A DNA stretch of 21,360 bases from Tricharina praecox (taxonomy: Eukaryota). The translations under genes and the position numbers were made by a program. The stretch covers positions 1,178,001 through 1,199,360 of the forward strand of contig NW_026250412.1 in assembly GCF_024521635.1 (NCBI RefSeq), given 5' to 3'. This document shows, one piece after another, positions 1 through 11,453 of the stretch; the stretch's first letter is position 1; each line of letters starts with the position of its first letter. Below the pieces are notes generated by a model. It was not told the origin of the DNA. It made no database searches and saw nothing but the letters and a program-made list of their open reading frames with translations.

Positions 1-215
1 GCCATACTTGATCCACAAGTTGTCACTCTCCGAAACACTGGTTAAAGTAGTCCCAGATAGGCCAGATATGTAGGTCAGGCATACCGATGCACGTCTAGCG
101 AGCTATGAGACGTCGGAAATAACGGCACTGGAGTCGCGGCGGGATGTAGTCGGCCTGACGTGAATCACTGACACCAAATCAGACCTGTCCTCACCACAAA
201 TACTACCGTAGTGAG

Positions 216-235
216 GAGAGAGAGAGAGAGAGAGA
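216..235. repeat. (GA)10 microsatellite
   Basis: Direct reading: gagagagagagagagagaga. Confidence 0.95.
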
Positions 236-1688
236 TCTTCAGTTTATTTCGTATAGTACAGTAGGGAGGATTTGGAGTGGCCCGCTGGTTGTTATTGCCG
301 ACCGATTTGCGTACCTCGTATGTGGCTGATGTGGGCTGTGGCGCTCAGCTGTTTACATCACCGAATGTTACGATGGGTGAAACAACAGCCACGCACACAG
401 TGTTGCGGAGGAAATCGGTACCTATACATACATTTGGGTGTGAGCCGTGGCGGAGAGTCGGGGGCTGTGTGCTCACTTCATACGCACCGTCGGGAAAGCC
501 GTGGACACCGGGCGGAAGCTGGCTACTGCGGCAACCGTTCTATTAGACGACGAACCATCCCTCGGACCGATGCCGCGGGCGCAACCACAAAACCCAGACC
601 CGCAAATAACTCTTCAAGGCTCAAGCAAGGAGGGAACCCTATGCGGCAAAGATAGCACCAGCACCCGTATCAGCATAAGCATAAGCATTAGTTAGTAAGC
701 ACTTAGCGGACGATCGCTGCAGTCAAGCCTCCATCCTGGTCTGTCTATGTATATATCTAGCAACGACAGCTGTCGGCGGATGATATGTCGGACAGCGAAG
801 AGTCGGGGATCCGAAACACAATTAGATAGCACGGATGAGAAAATGAAAGGCCACTGGCAGCGGACTAGGAAGGGGACCAGGAAGCGGAGAAGAGCAGGAA
901 ACTCGAGAGAATCTCCTGCATTGAGAGCGATGGCCTGATGGGGGATACGGCATACCGGCGTCTCGGCGTCTCGCAAAGTCGCAACGCGTAGCGGATGGTC
1001 TGAACCTCGCTTAGTCTTTCTAGCTATGCTAGGGAAACGGTAGCATGATAACTTCCTGCAAATACATATGACCGTGAGTATGTAGCACATCCTTTATACG
1101 TCTCACCAGGTACACGGACAATTGACTGATGCGTACCTGAGGCTTCGCGACCTGAAACTCGGCAGGCACAACCCTGCATCCTACTCTACCGGCACCCCTG
1201 GTTTGACCGCAATTCTGTCGCCTTCCACAGTATCCAATATGAGGTGTACGGGTTGCTTTGCTATGGTTATTGAACGATTATGTAGAATGGTTGGGCACTC
1301 CGACACACAACCACCAGTACCTACAGTATGAAACGGAGGGATTACTGGTCGTTATCTGTAGACCCTTGTCTCGGTTGATCGAGTGAAGCTTACTCGTCTT
1401 TACATAAGCTTAAGAGCTCAATTGCTGATCCTAGCTAGCGACACCGTACCAAGACTCGAGCCTTCGAACTCAGAGTTCATCACTCGGCGATCAATATATT
1501 TTCTGTACACCATCGCGAACATTCTCCATTGTCATCCGCCGTCGCTTTTTAACCGTCTTTCAAGTTCGAGTTGAGTCCTGGAATTTATATCCGCAACCGT
1601 TTCTACAACTTTATATGACTCCACTTTCAGGCCGCAAACTTTACGGTAATTTCACATTCCTAGGGCCGTTACCTAGTATTCGGGATCC

Positions 1689-1758
1689 GTGGCTGCAGTT
1701 GGTCAGCACTCGTCTAGGTATCTGTGGCTGCAGTTGGTCAGCACTCGTCTAGGTATCT
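1689..1758. repeat. Perfect 35-bp tandem duplication
   Basis: gtggctgcagttggtcagcactcgtctaggtatct occurs twice head-to-tail (1689-1723 and 1724-1758). Confidence 0.95.
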
Positions 1759-2300
1759 GGCCTCTGATCATTTCTTTTCGGAGATTGTCGCATCAGAACT
1801 CAGGTGCGGCTCAAGGTACCTACAATGTATGTAGGTAGCCTGGTAGGCTGCTTAAAATTTCCCGAACTCACCGGTATGTATCAGTAGGGTGTCACTCCGC
1901 TGTGTCGGGTTGCGGAGAGTTTTCCCGTGTTACTTGATTTGTGCTACATAACCAAAGTGCTCATTTCCAAACTCCATGCGGTGGTAGCGTGGGAGCACGA
2001 TACCGGTACCTGTACCGTATGCTGATGCGGTGGGATGTTTGGACTACCTACCGTATCGTAATTCTTGTTGTCGATCTCTCACTCGGCCCGTTGGACCGGA
2101 AGTCAAAATTCTTCCTCTCCTTTCCAGTGAGGAGACTGTCATGCAGCCTCTGCCATACATTGAAGCACACTAATTGGCCGCAGCTCCGCACGCTTAAGCA
2201 TACCCCGCGTTTAGTTTCTCGAACGCGGACACATAAAGGAAACCGGTAAGCTACCGGGAGCGCTTATTGCATGGTTACAGTTCAACACTCCGTCTTCGCA

Positions 2301-3251
2301 ATGTCCACCGACTCCACCACCACCGGCACCGAACCGCGCGATGGCACTCCGCCAGCCGCGCCCCAGCCCGATGCGTCGCAGCTAAGCTCTTATCCGGCGG
2401 GCTACACATGCCCCCCGTTGACGACGGAGGTGATGCTCCAGCACGGCGTGGTCGCGCAGCTCCTGTCGGCGCACATCCAGCGGCTCGTTCGTCTTGCCCC
2501 ACCGCCCCCTCCAAGTCCGCACTAACACCCCCCACAGCGCGAGAAAGCCTTCGCCGCGTTCCCATACCCGGGCATCGCGCTATACCAGTTCATCGAGTTC
2601 TCAGGCGGACTACCCAGCTACCCTCGGCTCGACTCGCTGCTATCACTTCTGCGCGCCGGCGGAATCCTCCTCGACGTCGGCTGCGGCATGGGTTCAGAGC
2701 TGCGGTACCTACGCTCGCACTCGGGCATTCCCGGCGAGCAGCTATTCGGCGCCGACATCAATCCCGCGTTCATCGAGCTGGGCCACGAGCTGTTTATGGA
2801 CTCGCCCGAGAGCACGGGGATCCGGCAGGGCGCCGCGGATATTTTCGATACGAGGCCGGAGTCGTCGTGGATTGTGCGGGAGCTGAAGGGGAAGTGTGCT
2901 GCCGTCCACGCTGCGAGCTTTTTACATTTGTTCGATTGGGCTAGGCAAGTGGAGGCCGCGCTGAGGATGGTTGGGTTCTTGGAGCGGAAGAAGGGGAATT
3001 TCGTGGTGGGAAGGCTGGCGGGAAGTCGTGCGGCAGGACAGTACCGCCATGCGCTGGGGGATGTGTGGCGCCACACACCGGAGAGCTTTGCGGAAATGTG
3101 GAGGGAGGTGGGGACTCGCTCGGGATTGGCGTTCGACGTCGAATGCACCGAGCCAGAGATACTGGTGTTTGAAGCTCCCGAAGGCGAAAAGTGGTCTCTG
3201 CCCGCGGAAGAGCAGGCGACGCAGTTCAGGTTTTGTGTTACTGTCGTTTGA
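2301..3251 (+). CDS. Class I SAM-dependent methyltransferase (fungal AusD/Trt5-like family), 2 exons: 2301-2486, 2538-3251
   Basis: A 51-nt phase-0 intron at 2487-2537 (GTTCGT...CACTAAC...CAG) removes an in-frame TAA. The spliced product reads ...HIQRL/REKAFAAFPYPGIALYQF...LLDVGCGMGSELRYL...LFGADINPAFIELGHELF...VHAASFLHLFDWARQ, with SAM-binding motif I (LDVGCGMG) and motifs typical of this family. An alternative in-frame ATG lies at 2271. Confidence 0.85.
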
Positions 3252-5062
3252 GTACCTACATACTGGCTCGGTGGCGGATGCGCGCGAGTGCGGAATCATC
3301 ATGTCATGATTGATCGTTTTACATGACAGTAACCGTCATGTCAAATTCTTTCGGTTCAAAAAACCCGCAGTGTGAACAACTAAAAGCCGGGCCTGACCTC
3401 CATATGTCTATCCACATCCGATAGCACTTGAAAGTCGAGAGGCCATCTCGCGTGGCCGACCCGGCCGGATGCGTGGATACTCGGATGTCGGATGTCTGGG
3501 TTCAACTAGAGTTGCGTCCGCTTGATTGATGGTAGAAAGAATGCGATGCCGGAACAACCAAGTAGTTTTGGACCAATCCGGGAACCGATTTTGCACTGGA
3601 GATGCCGACATAGGTACGTAGTACTTGCCCCAGATCTTGATGTGATCCCATCGACTGGCGGGAAGCGTTAGCGGCGCCTATCACTGTTTAGTGGGAAGGT
3701 GATGCGTGAGCCAACTTAGCCTTCCTTGATTCATCTCAAGTGACTGGATCTCTCTCGTTCCTTTGCGCTCGATTCGCAGTTTTTGAAGATGATATTTCCG
3801 TCGTACATCAAATAGCGCGATTCGGCGGTCGTCGCAAGAAAGTCAACATCCGGGGGTTTGGCACAGCTGGGTTTCCTCCCACGCCCGACACCGGCGTAGA
3901 AATTCCCGAGGGCCACGTAGAAAGCGCCGGTATGCTCTCCGTCCATGTTCCGGGCAGTCCGCGCTTGCCCAAGGTCCTACGGTGTATGGTCCCGCAGCAT
4001 TACTCGTAGAAGCCTGTCACATGATTTTTCATTCACTTGCTTTCAACAGACGCGATGACTTCACATGACGCTATTGCCCAACTTTTTTGAAGATAGACGC
4101 CTGAAAATGACGGTTGATCGACGGTCCGTGGAAGAGTAACGGGCGGACGCAGCGCCGCGGTGCCACGGGTTGCGGGTGCGGGTCGGGATGCGCAGAACTT
4201 GCTATGATGTAACATCACGTGATCCGAGACCCACCCGCCATCCCGATACCCGTCACCCGCCGTCCGTCTTGTTCTCCACCATACCACGACCGTACCAAGA
4301 CAACGCGGACCGGACTGGACTGCGTCAGTCCATCCCATCCAGACCGACGATGCTACATACCAAACACGGATCAAATGTTTCGCTAACCAAGCCCACAGTG
4401 CCAGCTTCTACTCTTGACTGGCGCAGTTCAGCGACTGAGAATACCAGCCCCTCAGTTATCGGCTCGTTGAGGTTTGAAGACACACTCACGGACGAGGGAC
4501 ACGGCATCTTTGGCAGTCAGGCGACCTCGTACGCGCGATCTATGTGCGGTCAGCAATCGCACTGGTTCGCTTCCAGATTAGCTAGCGCGTACCCCGCAAT
4601 CGCACAGCCCGACTCCCGGCCTGCTCTAGCGGATCTGTACTCCGCGCGGACCGCGACATCGCTGGGGGGTTTCTGTTTGTCTGCGTCGCGAGGAGAAGCT
4701 TCACTAACGAAATGTCTCCAGTTTGGAGGCTTGTAGTGCGCTACTACATACCGGCATCGGCAATGAGCATCGCACATACTATGGCGAATTCCAAGTTCCC
4801 GTGATTGACGTCACGCGACTCCACTTGAAATCTGCAGGAATTACGTACACAGCCCGTAAGCGATCGACGGTTGCAATTCCAAATCGGGAACCACGATGGC
4901 ACACAGCCCATTTGAAGCAGTTCGTGTGACCGCCCAGAGAATCCACATCGGCGGTACCGACGTGGCAATGCTCGGGTACTTGTTCCCCTCACCAGCCCTT
5001 CCCTCTCAGCTATAACCACCTCTGCAACAACCACCATCCTCCACGTTCACCATCACACTCAA

Positions 5063-5104
5063 ACGCAAACACCACGCAAACACCACGCAAACACCACGCA
5101 AACA
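5063..5104. repeat. 11-bp tandem repeat (acgcaaacacc) x~3.8 immediately upstream of ATG 5107
   Basis: Units at 5063, 5074, 5085 and a partial unit at 5096. Confidence 0.9.
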
Positions 5105-5106
5105 TC

Positions 5107-5755
5107 ATGTCTCCCATTAATACCGCCCTCAACACTGTCCGCAACACCGTCCGTGCGCGTGCCGCCGCCTCCGCAAGGACAAGTGTCGCCACCGTTGCGA
5201 CGAAAGCCACCGTTGCCGCCCCCGCTGTCGACGTCTCAGCATACCTTAAGCAAAACTTCCAGGTTCGTTGATGTCAGGCTGTTCACAGTTATCCCTCTGT
5301 CCGTGCGCAATCGATAGACGAGATGGGCTAACAAATTCGTCGCGTTGCAGGAGCCCAATTATGCTGCTTGGGGAGCTGCCGTATCATTACCGAGCACACC
5401 CATCGAGGTTCGTAATCCTGAATCCCCATCTTTGCCGACTCTAGTCCAGGGGTCTCTCTCTCTCTTTCTCGCAACACCACTGACGTCCCGAAGCCTGGCA
5501 GGAATATCTTCGGACAACTTAACCCCCTCGTCGATGTGCAAGAATACATGAGAATCAACGGCATCGTAAGTGTCCCTCCCCACTCTTTCTCCATCGCGCT
5601 GCAGACGCTCGGGCAGACCTGAGTTCTGTTCCCGATGAACCCGCCCCAACCGGGGAAGCGAACTGGCTCTAACCTTGTATCGGCAGGAGCCCAATTATTC
5701 CGCAACCATCTCGGCGAAATCGAGTCCATCGAACCCTGCCAAAACCGTGCGCTAG
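5107..5755 (+). CDS. Small hypothetical protein (~117 aa), 4 exons: 5107-5262, 5351-5407, 5494-5565, 5687-5755; internal duplicated motif
   Basis: Three phase-0 introns: GTTCGT..GCTAAC..CAG, GTTCGT..ACTGAC..AAG and GTAAGT..TCTAAC..CAG. The spliced frame is open to TAG at 5753-5755. The product contains P(A/L)VDV-x2-Y-x3-N-x2-EPNY-x-A twice. Confidence 0.65.
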
Positions 5756-6482
5756 TCCAAGCGCACCCGTGGCCTCTCACCAATCCGCTCGACGGATCAC
5801 AGGTGTGAATGTTGGATTAGGCCTCACAACTATGCGCCGTAACGTATCGCTGGCTGGAACGTGCGACTGCAGTGGCATCTCCGATTAAGAGTGGCTGCGG
5901 AACTGGTTTTCGGGTCGCTTGTCGGACGGAATTGGCGTTTTTATTTTATTTCTGGTGTATCCTGTCAATAACTAGCGATTGCCGTACGAGCACATAGTAC
6001 AATCACTTGCTTTCGAAGCAATTTTCAATTGATCCTTCCGTATGTATGTACGGGGTATTGCCTCCACGGTTACGCTGGGGTTCTGCGATCGGCCGGGGAG
6101 CTTTGGGTACTTTTGCTCTGCCGCTCGTCGTCCGGATCCGTTGTTGTGCTTCCCGTTTCTCGGTGTGCGATGCAAAAAGAAACATTGTATGGGGAGAGTG
6201 GGTAGCCGCCCCTAGGCCCACACCACACGAGTTGCACGAAAGTACACGGCCACGGAAAGACGCTTACTTAAGATACGACAGGTCGCCTTCTAGGAGGCGC
6301 ATGAAACAGAATGATCGTCTGTGCCCGCGCCCTGGCCGAGGCTGCCGAACTCGGCAGCTTGCGCGCAGGCGAGAAAGCCGAGGAAGGCCGCGCCGAAACA
6401 GGAGCAAGCGTTTGAGATCGGGAGCCGCTCATGCCGCGCAATGAAGGGCATATGTACCCGTTTCTTTTGGGTTTAAGAATCG

Positions 6483-8128
6483 ATGCATTCGACCTCATTG
6501 AATCATGGCAGATCATGTAACCTTTTTCACCCCGCCGTCCCCGCCCGCTGGCCGCCGGAGAGCTCGATACCGGTTCCCTATTGCTCTCCGCCGAACCATC
6601 GCCGCACAACCATCGCCGCTCAACCCTCCCCCCGGCGCAACCCCTCTCCCGTCGCAACCCCCTCCCTGTGCAACCCCCATCCCGTCACAACCCTCCCTGC
6701 ACAACCCTCCCCGCGCAACTCGTCAACGTTACTGCCAGCGAACCAGACGACTACCTACGGAGTCGAGTGATTGATCAGTGTTCTACAGGCTACATAGCGC
6801 GGTCTCCATATCAGTCGGAGTTGGGGCGAGAGGAGGAGGAATTATCAGCAAGAGGAGGAGTTGCAGCAAGAGGAAGAGGTGCGGTTACAGGAACTGTGTG
6901 AACTCCATTCGACCCCACCGCCAGGCTAGAGGTGTGTTGGTTTTGCGAGCGGTCCAACAACAAATCTTCCTTCTACACCCCACACCCACAACACACTCTC
7001 TGATGCGTCGCCGCGGTTTCTTTTTCAACGACCCCCTCGGGATAGCGGGACCTGCGAGACATGTACATCCTCGTCAACCCGCTATTCTCCCTACACCCGC
7101 GAACCTGATCGTGCTACGCCGAGTCTATAAGAACGATTCCCCGACACCTGGGGATCTGACCAGGCGCCGCGACGTGCTAGGTCGAGTGTAGAAGTATTCC
7201 TCGGATTCCGGGGAGCTGACGAGGCGCGATATGCTGTGGAGGATTCACACTCGCCTGGATCAACATCACTCACCGACAACGGAGGAACCAAACTCGAAGA
7301 GAATCCTGAAGACGTGGACAGCGACGGCGAACCCTAGTTAGACAGCATTGATCCCGGCATCGCAGATCCCAACCTCGACGGTCCCAGAGTCCGCAGCAAC
7401 GATGATCCTGCTGACGACGATCAGGATGATTCCGAACTGCAAGCCGCCCCAAAGCAGCCCCCGACATCGACCGATCCTCCGAAGACGCAGGTCTCGAGAA
7501 TGTCGACTTACGGCGCGTATGATCATATGGCTTTGGAGGGCGACGAAGAGGTGACTTTGCACCTGCCTATTCACGGAAGTCCCAACAACCAGAGAGCAGA
7601 CGTTCCCGATGATGTCGAAGATGGCGAGGTGCTACGTATACAATTTAGACGTCAACCCCCTCGGGGTACCATCTTCCATGGGTTACTCGGCGTAATGATG
7701 CCGGGATGCTCGGCAAGGCGTGGTGTGATATGGAACAGTCTTCTGCTAGCCTAAGCCTATTGAAGTTCCGCTATCAATACTGGGGAAAGGCGTTCATGCT
7801 GGCGAATGCGAGCAAGCAAGTCCGGAAGATCATCATTAAAGTTGGCAGCATCATCAGCCATAAAGCTTTTACCGACCCCGCGGTTCTACCACGCTTCTTT
7901 CGAGTGCAACGCATAGCTACAGTGAAGCTCGACTCGGCGCGTCACTGCGTGCTTCTCGTACTTCCGCTCCAGCGAAAGCCGGATCTTGAGAGCTCCAGGG
8001 CTCGGTACCAAGTCTTTGCGCTTGCAGCGGAGGATCAAGCCTCTATCCAAGCTCTTCCTTTGCAGGGTGTCCATCTGGAAGACCTTAAATTTGTTCGCCG
8101 CGACGCTGTTTGGAGGTGGAAGCCATAG
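6483..8128 (+). pseudogene. Possible decayed gene encoding a long low-complexity (P/S/T, E/Q and D-rich) protein with a more globular-looking C-terminal part
   Basis: One frame from 6483 to 7754 reads as protein-like (QQEEELQQEEEVRLQEL; EENPEDVDSDGEP; NDDPADDDQDDSELQ) but has stops at 6768, 6795, 6927, 7128 and 7335. It overlaps ORF 7706-8128 in another frame. No family recognised. Confidence 0.3.
6594..6719. repeat. Degenerate C-rich minisatellite, about 8 units of 14-17 bp with core CAACC(C)
   Basis: Recurrent units such as cgcacaaccatcgc, cgcaacccctctcc, cacaaccctccc. Confidence 0.7.
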
Positions 8129-9375
8129 GTAATACACTTCCTTTAGTCTCTACTTACCTACCTCATACTAATGTAGTATCATGGGATCCAGCTGAAACCG
8201 ACGTCTTGGTCGAAGGTTTCTATCCCTGGCTGCGGACTTGGGATGGACCTACTGTCAAAATGTCAAGACCTAGATGAGATCAGCTGCGATGAACAGTGTT
8301 ACCATGCGCGAAGTGTTTTGATTTGGTTTGTGAGCAGGCACGGTCGACGTGCGAGCGCTGAAAGCTAGACCCACCGAATCTGGTATAGCTAGGTCGGCTA
8401 AAGTTCGCCAAACTCGTGTATGTCTCGTTAGCTGTTCTGTCTGTCTGTTTGTCTTGTCATCTGATCTGTCATCGTGCTTATTGGAACTTGGTCGCGGTCA
8501 TCGTACTCATCGTGCTTTTTCGTTGTTTGTCCTGACTCCTGACCTCGACTCGCGAGGTTCTGGGATTTTTTGAATATCATAGGAGGTCTAGTCTCTCTGC
8601 TTGTCGATTCCTCTCTGGTGAACTACAATCTGTACTCTCTCTCTATCTAGTATCAAAGTTGCCAAAGGGTCTCCCCGGTCTTAGTGCTTCAGTATCTATG
8701 CATGTTTATATAATGCCATGAACCGATACCTGAACATACGATTCCGAGTTTCTGTAAAGATACCTGTATGCTGCCAAACTTTGGGCGTCCGGAGACGTTG
8801 GTTCAAATACCTACGTTTCCGCTGTGGAGGAGGCGAGACCGAGTGTCGACGCGGATATGGTTGCGTGGCGGGCGGTCGTGACCCAATGCCGTCACGGGAG
8901 CACCCACCACTTTGTAGGCATCGAGTTCAAGTACCGAGCACGAAAAAACCCGCGTGGTATAGTAATCTAGGCCGTGCAATCGGCGAGGTGAGCTGAGGAA
9001 AAGCTCTGGGTTTAACCCAGGGTGAAGACCTCTGTTCTTAGGGTTTCCAAGCCACCCCACCGGGGGTGGTGATGCTTTTTGTTTTTGGCTTGAGGAATGG
9101 AGCACAAAGTATCACTCGGTAGTGGCACGTGACCTTCGTCGACCCACTGGGGTTTTTTGTACTGTTTAATCATGAAATTTATAGCCGGTATCGCATGTGC
9201 GCAGCGAATCTGTGCGCAGAACCGGTATTTCGCTGGTGCTAGGGGTATAATAGTGGGAACCACTACGGCGGTATTTGTACATGTTCGCAGGTTGATCCCA
9301 CAAGTGACATGCCGTTAATTTCATGAAGAACCACAGTTTGAAACTTTCTTATGAAGAGTCATTCCATTTCTATCT

Positions 9376-10200
9376 TTAATCTTTATCCTCATCGTCATCG
9401 TCATCCTCATCCTCATCCCAATCAAACACGAATTCATCCATTCCATCCTCAGACACATACCTCTCACCGCCCTTCACATCCATCCCATCGGCCAAATCTG
9501 CCTCCAGCACATCATCTTCTTCTCCGTCGTCCTCTCCTCGCACTCCCAACGACACCTTCCATCGATTATTCCGCTCGAGTGCAACTTGATCCACATCATG
9601 GCTGGAAAACCACTTGAACCGGAGCTTCCGGTACTGCACAGCATAGATGTGTTCTCCGGGGGCGCCAAACTTCCGCTCATGCACGTTACCCGAGTCCAGA
9701 CCACCTTGCACCTCGCTATTTCCATCACCACCACCATCACCTCTAGCCTGGCCGTCCTTGTCCGCGAACTCCCCGCGCCTCTCGTAAACGAGCGCATCGA
9801 CGACGACATGGTAGCCGACCGTCAGATACATCTTGGCGCCGTCCTTGATCGCATCCAGGATCCACTCGCGCGTCGCTTTCTCCCCACACGCCTTTTTGAA
9901 CCACGCACCGGAGTTGTCGAGCTGGTATGTGCGCGCCTCGGTGGCGTTCGTGGTGATGGCGCCGATCGCGGAAAGCTTCAGGCGCGTCCGGAGACTGGCG
10001 CACCGCGATGAAGTTATCAGCTCTTGGAAGTTCTGCTGGGTTTTGACGACGACGCTGGGGTGTTCAGCGTCGGAGGAGGAGTCGCCGAACGGATAGTGGT
10101 AGTCTTGGTGCGGGTTTGTGGCGTTCCGCACGAGCCGCCCCAGCTGGACTGAGTCGCGAGAGAATAACCCGTGAGGGGGCAGGAGAAGGCTTGATCGCAT
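9376..10200 (-). CDS. Fungal gasdermin-like protein (RCD-1/HET-Q1 family), 274 aa, with acidic C-terminal tail
   Basis: Intronless ORF of typical fungal gasdermin size. Family-like motifs: LGRLVRNATNPHQDY, TYQLDNSGAWFKKA, TREWI, MYLTVGY, PGEHIYAVQYRK. The last 53 aa contain 29 D/E. It lies next to a CHAT protease gene, an arrangement reported for fungal gasdermins. Confidence 0.8.
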   Translation of the reverse strand: MRSSLLLPPHGLFSRDSVQLGRLVRNATNPHQDYHYPFGDSSSDAEHPSVVVKTQQNFQELITSSRCASLRTRLKLSAIGAITTNATEARTYQLDNSGAWFKKACGEKATREWILDAIKDGAKMYLTVGYHVVVDALVYERRGEFADKDGQARGDGGGDGNSEVQGGLDSGNVHERKFGAPGEHIYAVQYRKLRFKWFSSHDVDQVALERNNRWKVSLGVRGEDDGEEDDVLEADLADGMDVKGGERYVSEDGMDEFVFDWDEDEDDDDDEDKD

Positions 10201-10440
10201 TTTTGGAGAAGCTTTGGAGAAGAAAGTTGATTTTCTGATAGGTATTCGGAAGAGAAAGGCAGCCGATTGCAGTGATTCAATTGTCAGGGATGCGGACAGC
10301 TACCTAGCGAGCTGGCTGTGGACGACTGGCGGTCAGGCAGGGTTTAATACTCGTCACTATTCATCAAATCCCGCCTGCCGTGACTTCGTGCAAGAACTTC
10401 AACCTCCAAACTCCATGATATGCAATTGGCCGTAAAATAA

Positions 10441-10792
10441 TGAAGTATGTTCGACACCCATCGCGCCAGCGGAATTGAGGCTATGCTTATGGTGGTGTGG
10501 CGGAGCGAGAGAACCAGCTGTCGGAGGGAGGATCATTATCTATCGAATAGACGATCAAACTTTATGTACCGCCTCTTTCTTCTGTGTTTGTGTGCTCTTC
10601 TCTCGATCCCGCCTCCGACCTAGAGGGGCGTTGGCAAAAGAGCCCCTTGCAAAAACGGATTTTATTACTTGCCCTACGTATGGAACTGAGCGAGTTGTAG
10701 GCCTTCCTGGAAGGTCTGTTGCAGGTATTTCTGTAGGTGAATCATGTTCGACACCCATCGCGCCTGCAGAAATGAGGCTATGCTTATTGTGG
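10441..10792. repeat. Dispersed 55-bp direct repeat (10441-10495 and 10738-10792) in the gasdermin/CHAT divergent intergenic region
   Basis: tgaagtatgttcgacacccatcgcgccagcggaattgaggctatgcttatggtgg vs tgaatcatgttcgacacccatcgcgcctgcagaaatgaggctatgcttattgtgg: 49/55 identical, offset 297 bp. Confidence 0.9.
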
Positions 10793-11391
10793 CTTGGAGG
10801 TTGTTTGTGCGTTTGCACATCAACCGGCGCGTCTAGACGTTTGGTGAGGTTGCATCCAATGGACACTCACAACCGTGCATATGTGAGACTAATGACCGGT
10901 CATGTGTAGTAGAGATGGCCACTGGGAACTAGCCAACTGAAAGTCTCACCTGCTAAACCCATTTAACCGGATCAGATTGGGTACGATACGCAAGCAGTGG
11001 GGATGCATCTTGGCGAACTTGTGCTTTTACGTTTGCACCTATCAGCAAGCAAAACATGTCTTAGCAATTCGCATCCGCAAGGCAGTGCCCAGGTGCGGAC
11101 ATAATGATCGTTTGGGAGGGGTTAAGAGTGGCCGATGAAAAGTCTGTGCGGCGGGTTGCGGAAGGCTCGACGGCTCCTTTACCGTTACCTGAGTCGGTGG
11201 GCCCGGCTTTATCAACTATCACCGTCTCCATCGTCGACCTCCATCCCCGGCTTAAGACCACCTCCTTCTGGCAAATAAACCACCTACAGACGTGCGAGCT
11301 TTGAAACCATTTAAGCACGAGCAATTCGACACTTCCTATCGGAAAAACATCTAGCCTCATTCATACCTAGCAGACTCCACCTTCAAAGAAA

Positions 11392-11453
11392 GTAGGTAGC
11401 TATATCTACAGTCTTCATCAGGTTAAGCAGCCTAGATCTAACTGGTGAATCAG
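11392..11453 (+). other. Putative 5'-UTR intron of the TPR-CHAT gene
   Basis: GTAGGT donor, TCTAAC branch point and CAG acceptor directly abutting ATG 11454. The upstream frame has a stop at 11368. Confidence 0.45.

Noticed and set aside
272-2249. Short ORFs at the left end (likewise 3408-4929 and 19105-21187)
   Set aside because: No recognisable domains or consistent splice structure; mostly non-ATG starts; treated as intergenic.
2267-2944. 225-aa overlapping ORF and other shadow ORFs over real genes
   Set aside because: Arg/Ala-rich alternate-frame artefacts of GC-rich coding sequence.
6594-6719. Interstitial telomeric repeat or CRISPR-like array
   Set aside because: The core is CAACCC rather than CCCTAA, units are irregular, there is no repeat-spacer structure, and the context is eukaryotic.
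10475-10909. 144-aa ORF with repeated MRLCL(W/L)W
   Set aside because: A by-product of the 55-bp DNA repeat spaced at a multiple of 3; non-ATG start and no protein-like features.
11218-11232. 15-nt identity (atcaccgtctccatc) with the start of the HeLo-like exon near 15857
   Set aside because: A single match of this length in 21 kb is compatible with chance, and similarity does not extend.
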